NCBI GenBank assembly: GCA_963575745.1
Contig: CAUYUJ010000293.1
Coordinates: 1-64,000, forward strand
Source: Prorocentrum cordatum
Lineage: Eukaryota
DNA: 64,000 bases
Reading direction: 5' to 3'
The notes beneath the pieces are model-generated. The model saw only the letters and a program-made list of their open reading frames with translations. It was not told the origin of the DNA and did not search any database. The position numbers were made by a program, and so were the translations under genes. Of this stretch, positions 13,120-26,356 are shown piece by piece; position 1 is the first letter of the stretch; each line of letters begins with the position of its first letter.

Positions 13120-16100
13120 AACTCGTAGAGCTTCCCTTAGCTAGTTACAGCTGGAAAGTAACTCGTAGAGCTTCCCTTAGCTAGTTATACCTCGTAGAGC
13201 TCTTCGACGAGATGAGCTAAGAGGAATTCGGGCGCAGGGTGGAGCTAGTTGGCCGACCCGACCAAAAGAGACAATGTGTTAACCTGGGGTCGGTTTTTGA
13301 AACTTTGTGCAAGATTTGACAATTCGTTTTCAGAAAACGGATTTTTCTCACATACAGTAAGCTATGGCGCACCTGCTGGTAAAATTTTCAGGGCTCTAGG
13401 GGCAATATTACTGTCAAAAGACTTGCAGGAACCGACTTTGCCTGCAGTGCAGTTTGGCAGGTGACGGTGGTTGGCTTTACTTAACTCGAGCTGTCAGCAA
13501 GCTACAGACCTCTCACGCACACCAGTCGATGCAGAATGATCTGGCGCGTCACACTGGAAGCTCGAGAGTTCCTAGAAATGGCTGAGTCAGGAGTTATGCT
13601 CGAAATACTGTCTCTATGTATGCGTGTTGCGAACGGTGTTTCGATGATAACTCGAGCTGAGTGCATGCTATGCATGCCAGGTACATTCCAATCGAAGCAG
13701 CGACATGCGAGACATCGAATGAGCCTCGAGAGTGCCCAAATTGATTAGAATTTTCAAAATTAATGAAAAATATCGATTTGTACAATTTTATATTTTTTGT
13801 GTCGGATGATTTTTTTCTAATTTATATCGATCTATGGGTGACCTAGAGAGTTCTGGTGCATTTTTGTCGACGCAGAATGGTCTCGCGCTCTCACTGAGAG
13901 CGCGAGACTTCATATGAATAGCTTCGCTGGGAGTGAGAACTTTGGTCCAGCCGGCCGAGGCGGACAATGTGACAACTTTTGGGTGGTTTTGCAATTTTTT
14001 GAAAGATATTTGACAATTCATTTTGAAAAAGCAGATTTTTACTCCGAGCATTGAGATATAAACTTCGTTCCCTGATCAGCTCGGCCATCTAGAGTCATTT
14101 TCAGTACCAGTTCACTTGAAGGAACCGACTTCATGTTGACTCCGAAAAAATCTCAACTTGAAGTTTTTGTAGAAAAGCTCCCAGAAGCTCCCGCTTTGAT
14201 GCTGAGCTTTCTCACGGATTCAAGGAGCTCTACGAGGTTCCCGGCGGTGACCAGGTTGACGGTTCACCGCCGGCGCCAGTAGCTGGAAGCTAAGAGTAAT
14301 TCCGGCGCGTCCCAGAGCTAGTAACTCGTAGAGCTTCCCTTAGCTAGTTATAGCTGGAAGCTAAGAGTAATTCCGGCGCGCTGGAGAGCTAGTTGGCAAG
14401 AAAAATCTCGACGGAACTTTTGGTGACTTTTGGTCGGTTGAAAATTTCGTTCTCGAAATTTGACAATTCGTTAGAGCTCTAGTATTTTTTCCCGTGATAT
14501 TCGATCTTATTCCCGCTCGCCATCTTGATCTCAGCTCGATCGGGTAACTTTGAAGGCCAAAAAGCACTCTGGCGGGAACGGCCGTTTCGAGTCATGTTGA
14601 TATGCGCTGTCGGTATTTTGTACTTAACTCGAGCTGTAGGGCAGCTACAGAGCTTGTAAGCACAGCTATCGCACTCAGAATCATCAGGCGCGTTCGCCTG
14701 TTGAATCCATAGGGCTGAACTCGGTCTGCTAGCCGAGCTAGGTCCGCAAACCTATCCGTATTATTCGAGTCAACTTGATACGCGTTGTCGGTATTTCTAC
14801 TTAACTCGAGCTGTAGGCCAGCTACAGTGCTGGTAAGCACGCCTATCGCACGAAGAATGATCAGGCGCGGTCGTCTGTTCAATTCACAGGTCTGAACTCG
14901 GTCTGCTAGCCGAGCTAGCTTCGCAAACCTATTCGTATTATTCGAGTCAACTTGATACGCGTTGTCGGTATTTTCTACTTAACTCGAGCTGTAGAGCAGC
15001 TACAGTGCTGGTGAGCACACCTATCGAACTCAGAATAATCAGGCGCGCTCGCCTGTTGAATTCATAGGTTTGAACTCGGTCTGCTAGCCGAGCTAGGTCC
15101 GCAAACCTATTCGTATTATTCGAGTCAACTTGATACGCGTTGTCGGTATTTCCTACTTTAATCGAGCTGTAGGGCAGCTACAGTGCTGGTAAGCACGCCC
15201 ATCGCACTCAGAATAATCAGGCGCGTTCGCCTGTTGAATTCAGAGCTCTGAACTCCGTCTGCTGCGCGATCTAGAATCACGAAACTGTTCGTATTCTTCC
15301 AGTCATCTTCAGAGCTACTGTCGGCGTTCTGCACTTAGCTCGGGCTGTAGGGGGGCTGCAGGGCGGGTAATCACAGGAATCGATTCGGAGACATCAGACG
15401 CCTCTGTCTGCTGCATTCAGAGGTCCGAACTCGGTCTGATACTCGAGTTGGGCTGAAAAACTATTCGTTCTCTGCAATTTTCTTCGACATTATATGTTGT
15501 CAGGAAGCTCTACGAGTCCCCCTCCTCTCCTTGTCCAATCATATGGGAAATAGTAGGGCGTTGTGCACAGGCACTCCCCTCCCATAGCAGTATCACTGAC
15601 GCTGAGCTTTCGGGTCTCGAGGGCCTCTTGCGGGCCGCAGTCCAGGTGGCCCAAGACCTCCAGCTGCAGAGAGACTAGGTAGGCACTTAACGGGCGCTGG
15701 GGCGCTCGGTGCCTGGTCAGCCTCCCCAAAAAAAAAAAAAACAAAGGTTGACGGTTTACCGCCGGCGCCCAGTTGGCAAGAAAAAGGTTGAAAATTTTGT
15801 TCTCGAAATTTGACAATTCGTTAGAGCTCTAGTATTTTTTCCCATGATATTCGATCTTATTCCCGCTCGCCATCTTGATCTCAGCTCGATCGGGTAACTT
15901 TGAAGGCCAAAAAGCACACGGGCGGGAACGACCGTTTCGAGTCATCTTGATAGGCACTGTCGGTTTTCTCAAGATAACTCGAGCTTCAGGACACCTACAG
16001 AGCTGGTCAGCACAGCTAATGCGTTCAGAATGATCAGGCGCGTTCGCCTGTTGAATCCAGAGGTCTGAACTCGGTCTGCTAGCCGAGCTAGGGTCGCAAA

Positions 16101-18134
16101 CCTATTCGTATTATTCGAGTCATTGTAGCAGACGCTCTCGGTTTTTCGTACTTAACTCGATCTATAGGGCAGCCACAGAGCTCATACTAACAGAAATCGA
16201 TTGAGAATTATCAGGCGCGTTCGTCTGTTGCATCAAGAGCTCTGAAATCGGCCTTCTCCCCGAGCAAGGTTCGCGAACCCATTCGTATTGTTCGAGTCAT
16301 CTTGAGAAGTGCTCTCGGTTTTCTGTACATAAATCGTGCTGGGGGAGGGCTATAGCTCTGCTGGTCACAGGAATCGATTTCGAGACATCAGGCGCGTCCG
16401 TTCGTCGAACCGATCGCTCGAAACTCGGTCTGCTGCTCGAACGAAATCTGCGAAACTGTTGTATTATTCGAGTCATCCTGAGAGGTACTCTCGGTTTTCT
16501 GCACTTAACTCATACTGTATGGGCTGCAGAGCTGGTAATCACAGAAATCGATCCGCAGACATGAGACACGTCCGCCTGTCGCATTCAGAGGTCTGAACTC
16601 GGTTTCATACTCGAGCTCGATTGGAAAACTGTTTGTTTGTTTTGTTAGAGTCATCTTTGGAGGTTCATAATCGCTTGGGCTGAAAAACTGGTCGTTCTCT
16701 GAAATTCGTTCCACATTATATATTGTCAGGAAGCTCTACGAGTCCCCCGGCGGTAAGAAAGGTTGACGGTTTACCGCCGGCGCCCAGTAAGAGTAATTCC
16801 GGCGCGCTGGAGAGCTAGTTGGCCAGAAAAATCTCGACGGACTTTTGATGACTTTTGGTCGGTTGAAAATTTTGTTCTCGAAATTTGACAATTCGTTAGA
16901 GCTCTAGTATTTTTTCGCATGATATTCGATCTTATTCCCACTCGCCATCTTGATCTCGGCTCGATCGGGTAACTTTGAAGGCCAAAAAGCAGGCAGGCGG
17001 AAACGGCCGTTTTGAGTCATCTTGATACGCGTTGTCGGTATTTTCTACTTAACTCGAGCTGTAGGGCAGCTACAGTGCTGATTAGCACGCCTATCGCACT
17101 CAGAATGATCAGACGCGTTCGCCTGTTGAATCCGTAGGTCTGAACTCGGTCTGCTAGCTGCTGGGTCCGCAAACTTATTCGTATTACTCGAGTCAACTTG
17201 ATACGTGATGTCGGTATTCTCTACAAAACTCGAGCTGTAGGGCAGCTACAGTGCTGGTAAGCACATCTATGGCTCTCAGAATCATCAGGCGCGTTCGTCT
17301 GTTGAATCCATAGGTCTGAATTCGGCCGAGCTAGGTCCGGAAACCTATTCGTATTATTCGAGTGAACTTGATACGCGTTGTCGGTATTCTCTACTCAACT
17401 CGAGCTGTAGGGCAGCTACAGTGCTGGTAAGCACACCTATCGCACTCAGAATCATCACGCGCGTTCGCCTGTTGAATCCGGAGGTCTGAACTCGGCCTGC
17501 TAGCCGAGCTAGGTCCGCAAACCTATTCGTATTATGCGAGTCATCTTGACATGCGCTCTGGGTTTTCTGCACTTAACTCGAGCTGTAGGGCAGCTACAGG
17601 GCTTATTGTCACAGCCATCGATGGGGAATCATCAGTCGCGTTCGTCTGCTGAACCAAGAGCTCTCAACTCGGCCTGCTGCCCGAGCTAGGTTCGCGAAAC
17701 TATTCGTATTGTCCGAATGATCTTGAGAAGTGCTCTCTGTCTTCTGCACTTAACTCGTGTTTGGGGCCGGCTACAGTGCTGCGGGCCACATATATTGGTT
17801 TGTACACATCAGGCGCGTTAGTCGGTCGATCTCAGAGCTCGGAACTCGGTCTGCTGCTCGAACTAGGTCCGCAAAACTATTCTTTTATTCGAGTCGATAC
17901 TTTCGGTTTTCTGCACTTAACTCGGGCTGTAGGGGGGCTGCCGGGCTGAAAATCACATGATACTCGAACTGGGTTGCGAAACTGTTTATTTTCTCTGTTA
18001 TCTTGAGAGGTCTGAAATCGCTCGGGCTGAAAAACTAGTCGTTCTTTGGAGTTTTTTCCCACACTTTATATTTTCAGGAAGCTCACGAGTCCCCCGGCGG
18101 TAAGAAAGGTTGACGGTTTACCGCCGGCGCCCAG
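13120..18134 (+). mobile_element. Four-element nest: A(13120-18134) contains A(13160-16787), which contains composite B(13189-14279) and A(14323-15772)
   Basis: Flanks rejoin: AGTTA-T-AGCTGG around 13189-14279; GCTAG-T-TGGCAAG around 14323-15772; CTGGAAAG-T-AAGAG around 13160-16787. Confidence 0.85.
15523..15741 (+). mobile_element. 5'-truncated non-LTR retrotransposon 3' end or retrocopy with poly(A), inserted in an A 3' hairpin
   Basis: Foreign ~205 bp plus A14 replaces GGCGGT of the hairpin. It reads open for 51 codons (SSPCPIIWEIVGRC...LQLQRD*); CPxxW resembles the end of a LINE ORF2 C-terminal zinc knuckle. Confidence 0.6.
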
Positions 18135-20896
18135 TTGCTGGAAGCTAAGAGTAATTCCGGCGCGGTGGAGAGCTAGTAACTCGTAGAGCTTCCCTTAGCT
18201 AGTTATAGCTGGAAGCTAAGAGTTCTTCCGGCGCGCTGGAGAGCTAGTTGGCAAGAAAAATCTCGACGGAACTTTTGGTGACTTTTGGTCGGTTGAAAAT
18301 TTTGTTCTCGAAATTTGACTATTCGTTAGAGCTCTAGTATTTTTTCCCGTGATATTCGATCTTATTCCCGCTCGCCATCTTGATCTCAGCTCGATCGGGT
18401 AACTTTGAAGGCCAAAAAGCACTCTGGCGGGAACGGCCGTTTCGAGTCATGTTGATATGCGCTGTCGGTATTTTGTACTTAACTCGAGCTGTAGGGCAGC
18501 TACAGAGCTTGTAAGCACAGCTATCGCACTCAGAATCATCAGGCGCGTTCGCCTGTTGAATCCATAGGGCTGAACTCGGTCTGCTAGCCGAGCTAGGTCC
18601 GCAAACCTATTCGTATTATTCGAGTCAACTCGATACGCGTTGTCGGTATTTTCAACTTAAATCGAGTTGTAGGGCAGCTAGAGTGCTGGTAAGCACGCCT
18701 ATCGCACGGAGAATGATCAGGCGCGGTCGTCTGTTGAATTCATAGGTCTGAACTCGGTCTGCTAGCCGAGCTAGGTCCGCAAACCTATTCGTATTATTCG
18801 AGTCAACTTGATACGCGTTGTCGGTATTTTCTAATTAACTCGAGCTGTAGAGCGGCTGCAGTGCAGGTAAGCACACCTATCGCACTCAGAATAACCAGGC
18901 GCGTTCGCCTGTTGAATTCATAGGTTTGAACTCGGTCTGCTAGCCGAGCTAGGTCCGCAAACCTATTCGTATTATTCGAGTCAACTTGATACGCGTTGTC
19001 GGTATTTTCTACTTAACTCGAGCTGTAGGGCAGCTACAGTGCTGGTAAGCACACCTATCGCACTCAGGATAATGAGGCGCGTTCGCCTGTTGAATCCAAA
19101 GCTCTGAACCGGTCTGCTGCGTGATCTAGAATCACGAAACTGTTCGTATTCTTCCAGTGATCTTGAGAGCTACTGTCGGCGTTCTGCACTTAGCTCGGGC
19201 TGTAGGGGGGCTGCAGGGCGGGCAATCACAGGAATCGATTCGGAGACATCAGACGCCTCTGTCTGCTGCATTCAGAGGTGCGAACTCGATCTGATACTCG
19301 AGTTGGGCTGAGAAACTATTCGTTCTCTGCAATTTGCTTCGACATGTCGGTTGAAAATTATGTTCTCCAACTTTGACAATTCGTTAGAGCTCTAGTATTT
19401 TTTCTCGTGATATTCGATATTATTCCCGCTTGCCATCTTAATCTCAGCTCGATCGGGTACCTTTTACTGCTAAAAAGCACACTGGCGGGATCGGCCGTTT
19501 CGAGTCATCTTGATACACGTTGTCGGTTTTTTGTACTCAACTCGAGCTCTAGGACAGCTACAGAGCTGGTAAGCACAGCTATCGCACTCAGAATGATCAG
19601 GCGCGTTCACCTGTTTAAACGAGAGGTCTGAACTCGGTCTGTGAGCCGCGCTAGGTCCGTAAACCTATTCGTATTATTCGAGTCAACTTGATACGTGTTG
19701 TCGGTATTTTCTACTAAACTTGAGCTGTAGAGCAGCTACAGTGTGGGTAAGCACACCTATCGCACTCAGAATCGTCAGGCGCGTTCGCCTGTTGAATCCA
19801 TAGGTCTGAACTCGGTCTGCTAGCCGAGCTAGGTCCGCAAACCTATTCATATTATTCGAGTCAACTTGATACGCGTTGTCGGTATTTTCTACTTCACTCG
19901 AGCTGTAGGTCGCACTCAGAATCATCAGGCGCGTTCGCCTATTGAATCCATAGGTCTGAACTCGGTCTGCTGGCCGAGCTAGGTCCGCAAACCTCTTCGT
20001 ATTATTCGAGTCAACTTGACACGCGTTGTCAGTATTCTGCACCCAATTCGAGCTGCAGGGCAGCTACAGCTCTGATAAGCACAGCTATCGCACTCAGAAT
20101 CATCAGGCGCGTTCGCCTCTTGACTGCAGAGGTCTGGACTCGGTCTGCTAGCCGAGCTAGGTTCGCAAATCTATTCGTATTATTCGAGTCATCTTGACAA
20201 ACGCTCTCGGTATTTCCTGTACTTCTCGAGCTGTAGACAGCTACAGAGCCTACAGTCACAGAGCTCGATTGAGAATTATTGTGCGCGTTTGTCTGTTCTA
20301 TCGAGAGCTCTGAACTCGGCCTGCCCGAGCTAGGTTCGCGAAACTATTCGTATTGTCCGAATCATCGTAAGTGCTCTCAATTTTCTGCACTGAACTCGTG
20401 CTGGGGGAGGGCTACAGTGCTGCGGGTCATAGAAAACGATTTGCACACATCAGGCGCGTTCGTTGGTCGATTCGAGAGCTCAGAACTTGGTCTGCTGCTC
20501 GAAGCAGGTTTGCGAAACTATTATATTATTCGAGTTATTCTGAGAGATGCTGTCGGACTTAACTCGGGTTGTAGGGGGGCTGCAGGGCTGGTAATCACAT
20601 GAGTCGATTCGCAGACATCAGACGCGTCCGCCTGTCGCATTGAGAGGTCTGAACTCGGTCTGATCAGACGCGTCCGCTTGTCGCATTCAGAGGTCAAAAC
20701 ATATTCACTATAAGTCAGAATGTTTGAAGGTGCTCTCGGTTTTCTCAGCTTAAGTCGAGCTTGGAAGCTCTACGAGTTCCCCGGCGGTAACCAAGGTTGA
20801 CGGTTTACCGCCGGCGCCCAGTTCCGGAGCGCTGGAGAGCTAGTTGGCAAGAAAAATCTCGACGGACCTTTTGGTGACTTTTCGTCGGTTAAAAAT

Positions 20897-21291
20897 ACCT
20901 CGTAGAGCTCTTCGGCATCGATCAGCTAGAGGAATTCCGGCGCGGGGTGGAGCTAGTTGGTCGACCCGGCCAGAAAGGACAAAGTGGTAACTTTTGGGTG
21001 GTTTTGCAATTTTTTGAAAGATATTTGACAATTCATTTTTAGAAAGCAGATTTTTCGCACCTGTAAACGACTATGAGGGCCTCTCTGTCTTAGTATGAGC
21101 TCCGTAGGCGGACCTTTACTATCAAAACACTTGGAGCAACGATCTTCATGTCGACACGAAAAAATCAATCTTTACCCTTTTCGAGAAATGCTTCCAGAAG
21201 CTCTCTCTTTCGACTCTGAGCACTCTCACGCGTGAAAGGAGCTCTACGAGGTTCCCGGCGGCGACCAGGTTGACGGTTCACCGCCGGCGCC
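20897..21291 (+). mobile_element. Family B element nested in an A 5' region
   Basis: Left flank GGTTAAAAAT and right flank TTGTTCTCG rejoin the A consensus; terminal AG is missing. Confidence 0.75.
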
Positions 21292-24233
21292 TTGTTCTCG
21301 AAATTTGACAATTCGTTTAAGCTCTAGTATTTTTTCCCGTCATATTCGATCTTATTCCCGCTCGCCATCTTGATCTCAGCTCGATCGGGTACTTTTCACT
21401 GCCAAAAAGCGTCCCGGCGGGAACGGCCGTTTCGAGTCGTCTTGATACGCGTTGTCGGTATTTTGTACTTAACTCGAGCTGTGGGGCAGCCACAGAGCTG
21501 GTAAGCACACCTATCGCATTCAGAATCATCAGGCGCGTTCGCCTGTCAAATCCAGAGGTCTGAACTCGGTCTGCTAGCCGAGCTAGGTTTGCAAACCTGT
21601 TCGTAGTATTCGAGTCATCTTGACAGACGCTCTTGGTTTTCTGTACTTAACTCGAGCTGTAGCGCAGCTACAGGGCTCATTGTCACAGACATCGATGTGG
21701 AATCATCAGTTGCGTTCGTCCATTGAATCGAGAGCTCTGAACTGGGCCTGCTGTCCGAGCTAAGTTCGCGAAACTATTCGTATTGTGCGTATTATCTTGA
21801 GAAGTGCTCTCAATTTTCTGCACTCAACTCGTGCTGGGGGAGGGCGACAGTGCTGCGGTTCACAGATATCTATTTTTACAGCTCAGGCGCGTCTGTCGGT
21901 CGATTTCAGAGCTCCGAAATCGGTCTGCTGCTCGAACTAGGTTCGCGAAACTATTCTCGAGTCGATACTGTCGGTTTTCTGCACAGAAACTCGGGCTGTA
22001 GGGTGGCTGCAGGGCTGGGAATCACATGAGCGTTTGCAGACATCAGACGCGCCCGCCTGTCGCATTGAGAGGTCTGAACTCGGTTTGATACTCGAAATGG
22101 GTTTCGAAACTGTTTGTTCTTTGTTAGAGTCATCTTGAGAGGTCTGAAATCGCTTGGGCTGAAAAACTAGTCGTTCTTCAAGTTTTCCCCACGCCATCTA
22201 CTGTCAGGAAGCTCTACGAGTCCCCCGGCGGTAAGAAAGGTTGACGGTTTACCGCCGGCGCCCAGTAGCTGGAAGCTAAGAGTTATTCCGGCGCGCTGGA
22301 GAGCTAGTTGGCTCGAAAAAAAAGAACTGAACTTTTCACAACTTTGAGTCGGTTGAAAAGTATGTTCTCGAAATTTGACAATTCGTTAGAGTTCTAGTAT
22401 TTTTTCCCGTGATATTCGATCTTATTCCCGCTCGCCATCTTGATCTCAGCTCGATCGGGTAAATTTGAAGGCGAAAAAGCACACTGGCGGGATCGACTGT
22501 TTCGAGTTATTTATACGCGTTGTCGGTATTTTGTACTTAACTCGAGCTGCAGGACAGCTACAGAGCTGGTAAGCACAGCTTTCGCACTCAGAATCGTCAG
22601 GCGCGTTCGCCTGTTGAAGCCAGAGGTCTTAATTCGGTCTGCTAGCCGAGCTATGTCTGCAAACCTATTCGTATTATTCGAGTCAACTTGATACGTGTTG
22701 TCGGTATTTTCTACTTAACTCGAGCTGTAGGGCAGCTACAGTGCTGGTAAGCACGCCTATCGCACTGAGAATCATCAGACTCGTTCGCCTGCTAAATCCA
22801 TAGGTCTGAACTCGGTCTGCTGGCCGAGCTAGGTCCGCAAACCTCTTCGTATTATTCGAGTCAACTTGACACGCGTTGTCGGTATTTTCTACTTTACTCG
22901 AGCTGTAGGGCAGCTACAGAGCTGGTAAGCACACCTATCGCACTCAGAATCATCAGGCGCGTTCGCCTGTTGAGTCCATAGGTCTGAACTCGGTCTGCTA
23001 CTCGAGCTAGGTCCGCAAACCTATTCGTATTATTCGAGTCAACTTGATACGCGTTGTCGGTATTTCCTACTTAACTCGAGCTGTAGGGCAGCTACAGTGC
23101 TGGTAAGCACACCTATCGCACTCAGAATCATCGGGCACGTTCGCCTGTTGAATCCAGAGGTCTGAACTCGGTCTGCTAGCCGAGCTAGGTCCGCAAATCT
23201 ATTCGTACTATTCGAGTCATCTTGACAAACGCTCTCGGTATTTTCTGCACTTAACTCGAGCTGTGGGCAGCTACAGAGCCTACACTACAGTCACAGAAAT
23301 CGATTGAGAATTATCGAGCGTGTTTGTCTGTTGTATGGAGAGCCCTGAACTCGGCCTGCTGCCCGAGCTAGGTTCGCGAAACTATTCGTATTGTCCGAAT
23401 CATCGTGAAAAGTGCTCTCAATTTTCTGCACTCAACTCGTGCTGGGGGAGGGCTACAGTGCTGCGGGTCATAGAATCGATTTGCACACATCAGGCGCGTT
23501 CGTTGGTCGATTCGAGAGCTCAGAACTTGGTCTGCTGCTCGAAACAGGTCTGCGAAACTATTATGTTATTCGAGTCATCCTGAGAGATGCTGTCGGTTTT
23601 CTGCACTTAACTCGGGCTGTAGGGGAGCTGCAGGGCTGGTAATCACATGAGTCGATTCGCAGACATCAGACGCGTTCGCCTGTCGCATTGAGAGGTCTGA
23701 ACTCGGTCTGATCAGACGCGTCCGCTTGTCGGATTCAGAGGCCAAAAAATATTCACTATGAGTCAGAATGTTGGTAGGTGCTCTCGGTTTTCTCAACTTA
23801 AGTCGAGCTTGGAAGCTCTACGAGTTCCCCGGCGGTAACCAAGGTTGACGGTTTACCGCCGGCGCCCAGTTGGGCCGCCCGGTCGAAAAGGACAAATTGG
23901 TGACTTTTGCTCGGTTTTGCGAAAATGTGAAAGATATTTAACCATTTATTTTGAGAAAGCAGATTTTTGCGCGTCGCATTGGCATATAAAATCCTCCCTG
24001 ACAGCAGCTCAGCTCCTCCGATACATTTTTGCACGAGTTGACTTCCGGGAACTGAGCGAATATGAATATCGAAAAAATCGAAAATGATGATTTTCGAAAA
24101 ATCTCTATTTTTTTGACTTGGTGTCGATTCTGAGCACTCTTACCAGTGGAAGGAGCTCTACGAGGTTCCCGGCGGTGACCAGGTTGACGGTTCACCGCCG
24201 GCGCCAGTAATTCCGGGGAGCTGGAGAGCTAGT

Positions 24234-24630
24234 ACCTCGTAGAGCTCTTCGGCATCGATGAGCTAGAGAAATTCCGGCGCGGGGTGGAGCTAGTTGGCCG
24301 ACCCGGCCAGAACGGACAAATTGGTAACTTTTGGGTGTTTTTGCGAATATTTGAAAGATATTTGACCATTTATTTTGAGAAAGCAGATTTTTCGCACCTG
24401 TAGACGACTGTGAGGGCCTCTGTGTCTTAATATGAGCTCTGTAGATGCGCTTTTACTATGAAAACACTTGGCGGAACCAACTTCATGTCGACATGGAAAA
24501 ATCACGTTTTCTTATTTTGGAGAAATTCTTCAAGAAGCCCTTCCTTTTGATGCTGAGCACTCTTACACGTGCCAGGAGCTCTACGAGGTTCCCGGCGGTG
24601 TCCAGGTTGAGGGTTCACCGCCGGCGCCAG
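24234..24630 (+). mobile_element. Complete family B element nested in A
   Basis: GAGCTAG-T[element]T-TGGCAAGAAAAATC; removing the element and one T restores the A consensus. Confidence 0.9.
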
Positions 24631-26356
24631 TTGGCAAGAAAAATCTCGACGGACCTTTTGCTGACTTTTGGTCGGTTGAAAAATTTGTTCTCAAAATTTG
24701 ACCATTCGTTAGAGCTCTAGTATTCTTTCCCATGGTATTCGATCTTATTCCCGCTCGTCATCTTGATCTCAGCTCAATCGGGTAACTTTGAAGGCGAAAA
24801 AGCAGGCAGGCGGGAACGGCCGTTTCGAGTCATCTTGATATGCGCTGTCGGTTTTCTCAAGATAACTCGAGCTTCAGGACAACTAACGAGCTGGTCAGCA
24901 CAGCTAATGCAGTCAGAATGCTCAGGCGCGTTCGCCTGTTGAACCCAGAGGTCTGAACTCGGTCTGCTAGCCGAGCTAGGGTCGCAAACCTATTCGTAGT
25001 ATTCGAGTCATTGTAGCAGACGCTTTCGGTTTTTCGTACTTAACTCGATCTGTAGGGCAGCCACAGAGCTGATAATCACAGAAATCGATTCAGAATTATC
25101 AGGCGAGTTCGTGTGTTGAATCGCGAGCTCTGAACTCGGCCTGCTTCCCGAACTAGGTTCAGGCTGTATGGGGGGCTGCAGAGCTGGTAATCACAGGAAT
25201 CGATGCGCAGACATCAGACGCGTCCGCCTGTCGCATTCAGAGGTCTGAACTCGGTTTCATATTCGAGCTCGATTGGAAAACTGTTTGTTTGTTTTGTTAG
25301 AGTCATTTTGAGAGGTCTATAGTCTTGGGCTGAAAAACTAGTCGTTCTCCAGCGCGCCCCACAGCGCGCCCCACAGCTAGTTGGCTCGAAAAATCTCGAC
25401 GGACTTTTTGACAACTTTTGCTCGGTTGAATTTTTTTTCTCAAAATTTGACTATTCGTTTGAGCTCTAGTATGTTTTCCCGTTATATTCGATCTTATTCC
25501 CGCTCGCCATCTTGATCTCAGCTCGATCGGGTGAATATTACTATCGAAAGCACTGTGGCGGGATCGGCCGTTTTTCAGTCATCTTGATATGCGCTGACGG
25601 TTTTGAACATAATTCGAGCCCTAGGGCAGCTAGAGAGCTGGTAAGCACAGCTAATGCATGCAGAATGATCAGGCGCGTTCGCCTGTTGAATCCAGAGGTC
25701 TGAACTCGGTCTGCTAGCCGAGCTAGGGCCACACACCTGTTCGTATTATTCGAGTAATCTTGACAGAAACTCTTGGTTTTCTGCACTTAACTCGAGCTGT
25801 AGGACAGCTACAGAGCTGATATTTACAGGCACCAATTCAGAATCATCAGTTGCGTTTGTCTGTCGACTCCATAGCTCTGAACCCGGCCTGCTGCCCACTC
25901 TAGAATCGCGAAACTATTCGTATCGTTCGAGTCGCTTGCGAGATAATGTCGGTTATCTGGGCTTAACTCGGGCTGTAGGGGGGCTGCATGGCTGGTCATT
26001 ACTGGATCGATCTGAGGACATCAGGCGCGTCCGCCTGTCGAATACAGAGCTGTGAGCTCTGCCTGCTGCACGAACTAGTTCCGCGAAACTATTCCCATTG
26101 TTCGAGTCACTCTGAGAGGTGCTGTCGGTTTTCTGCACTTAACTCGGGCTGTAGGGGGGCTGCAGGGCTGGTAATGACAGGAGTCGATTCGCAGACATCA
26201 GATGCGCCCGTCTGTTGCATTCAGAGGTCAAAAACTATTCACCATGAGTCAGATTGTTGGTAAGTGCTGTCGGTTTTCTCAACTTAAGTCGAGTTAGGAA
26301 GCTCTACGAGTCCCCCGGCGGTAACCAAGGTTGACGGTTTACCGCCGGCGCCCAGT

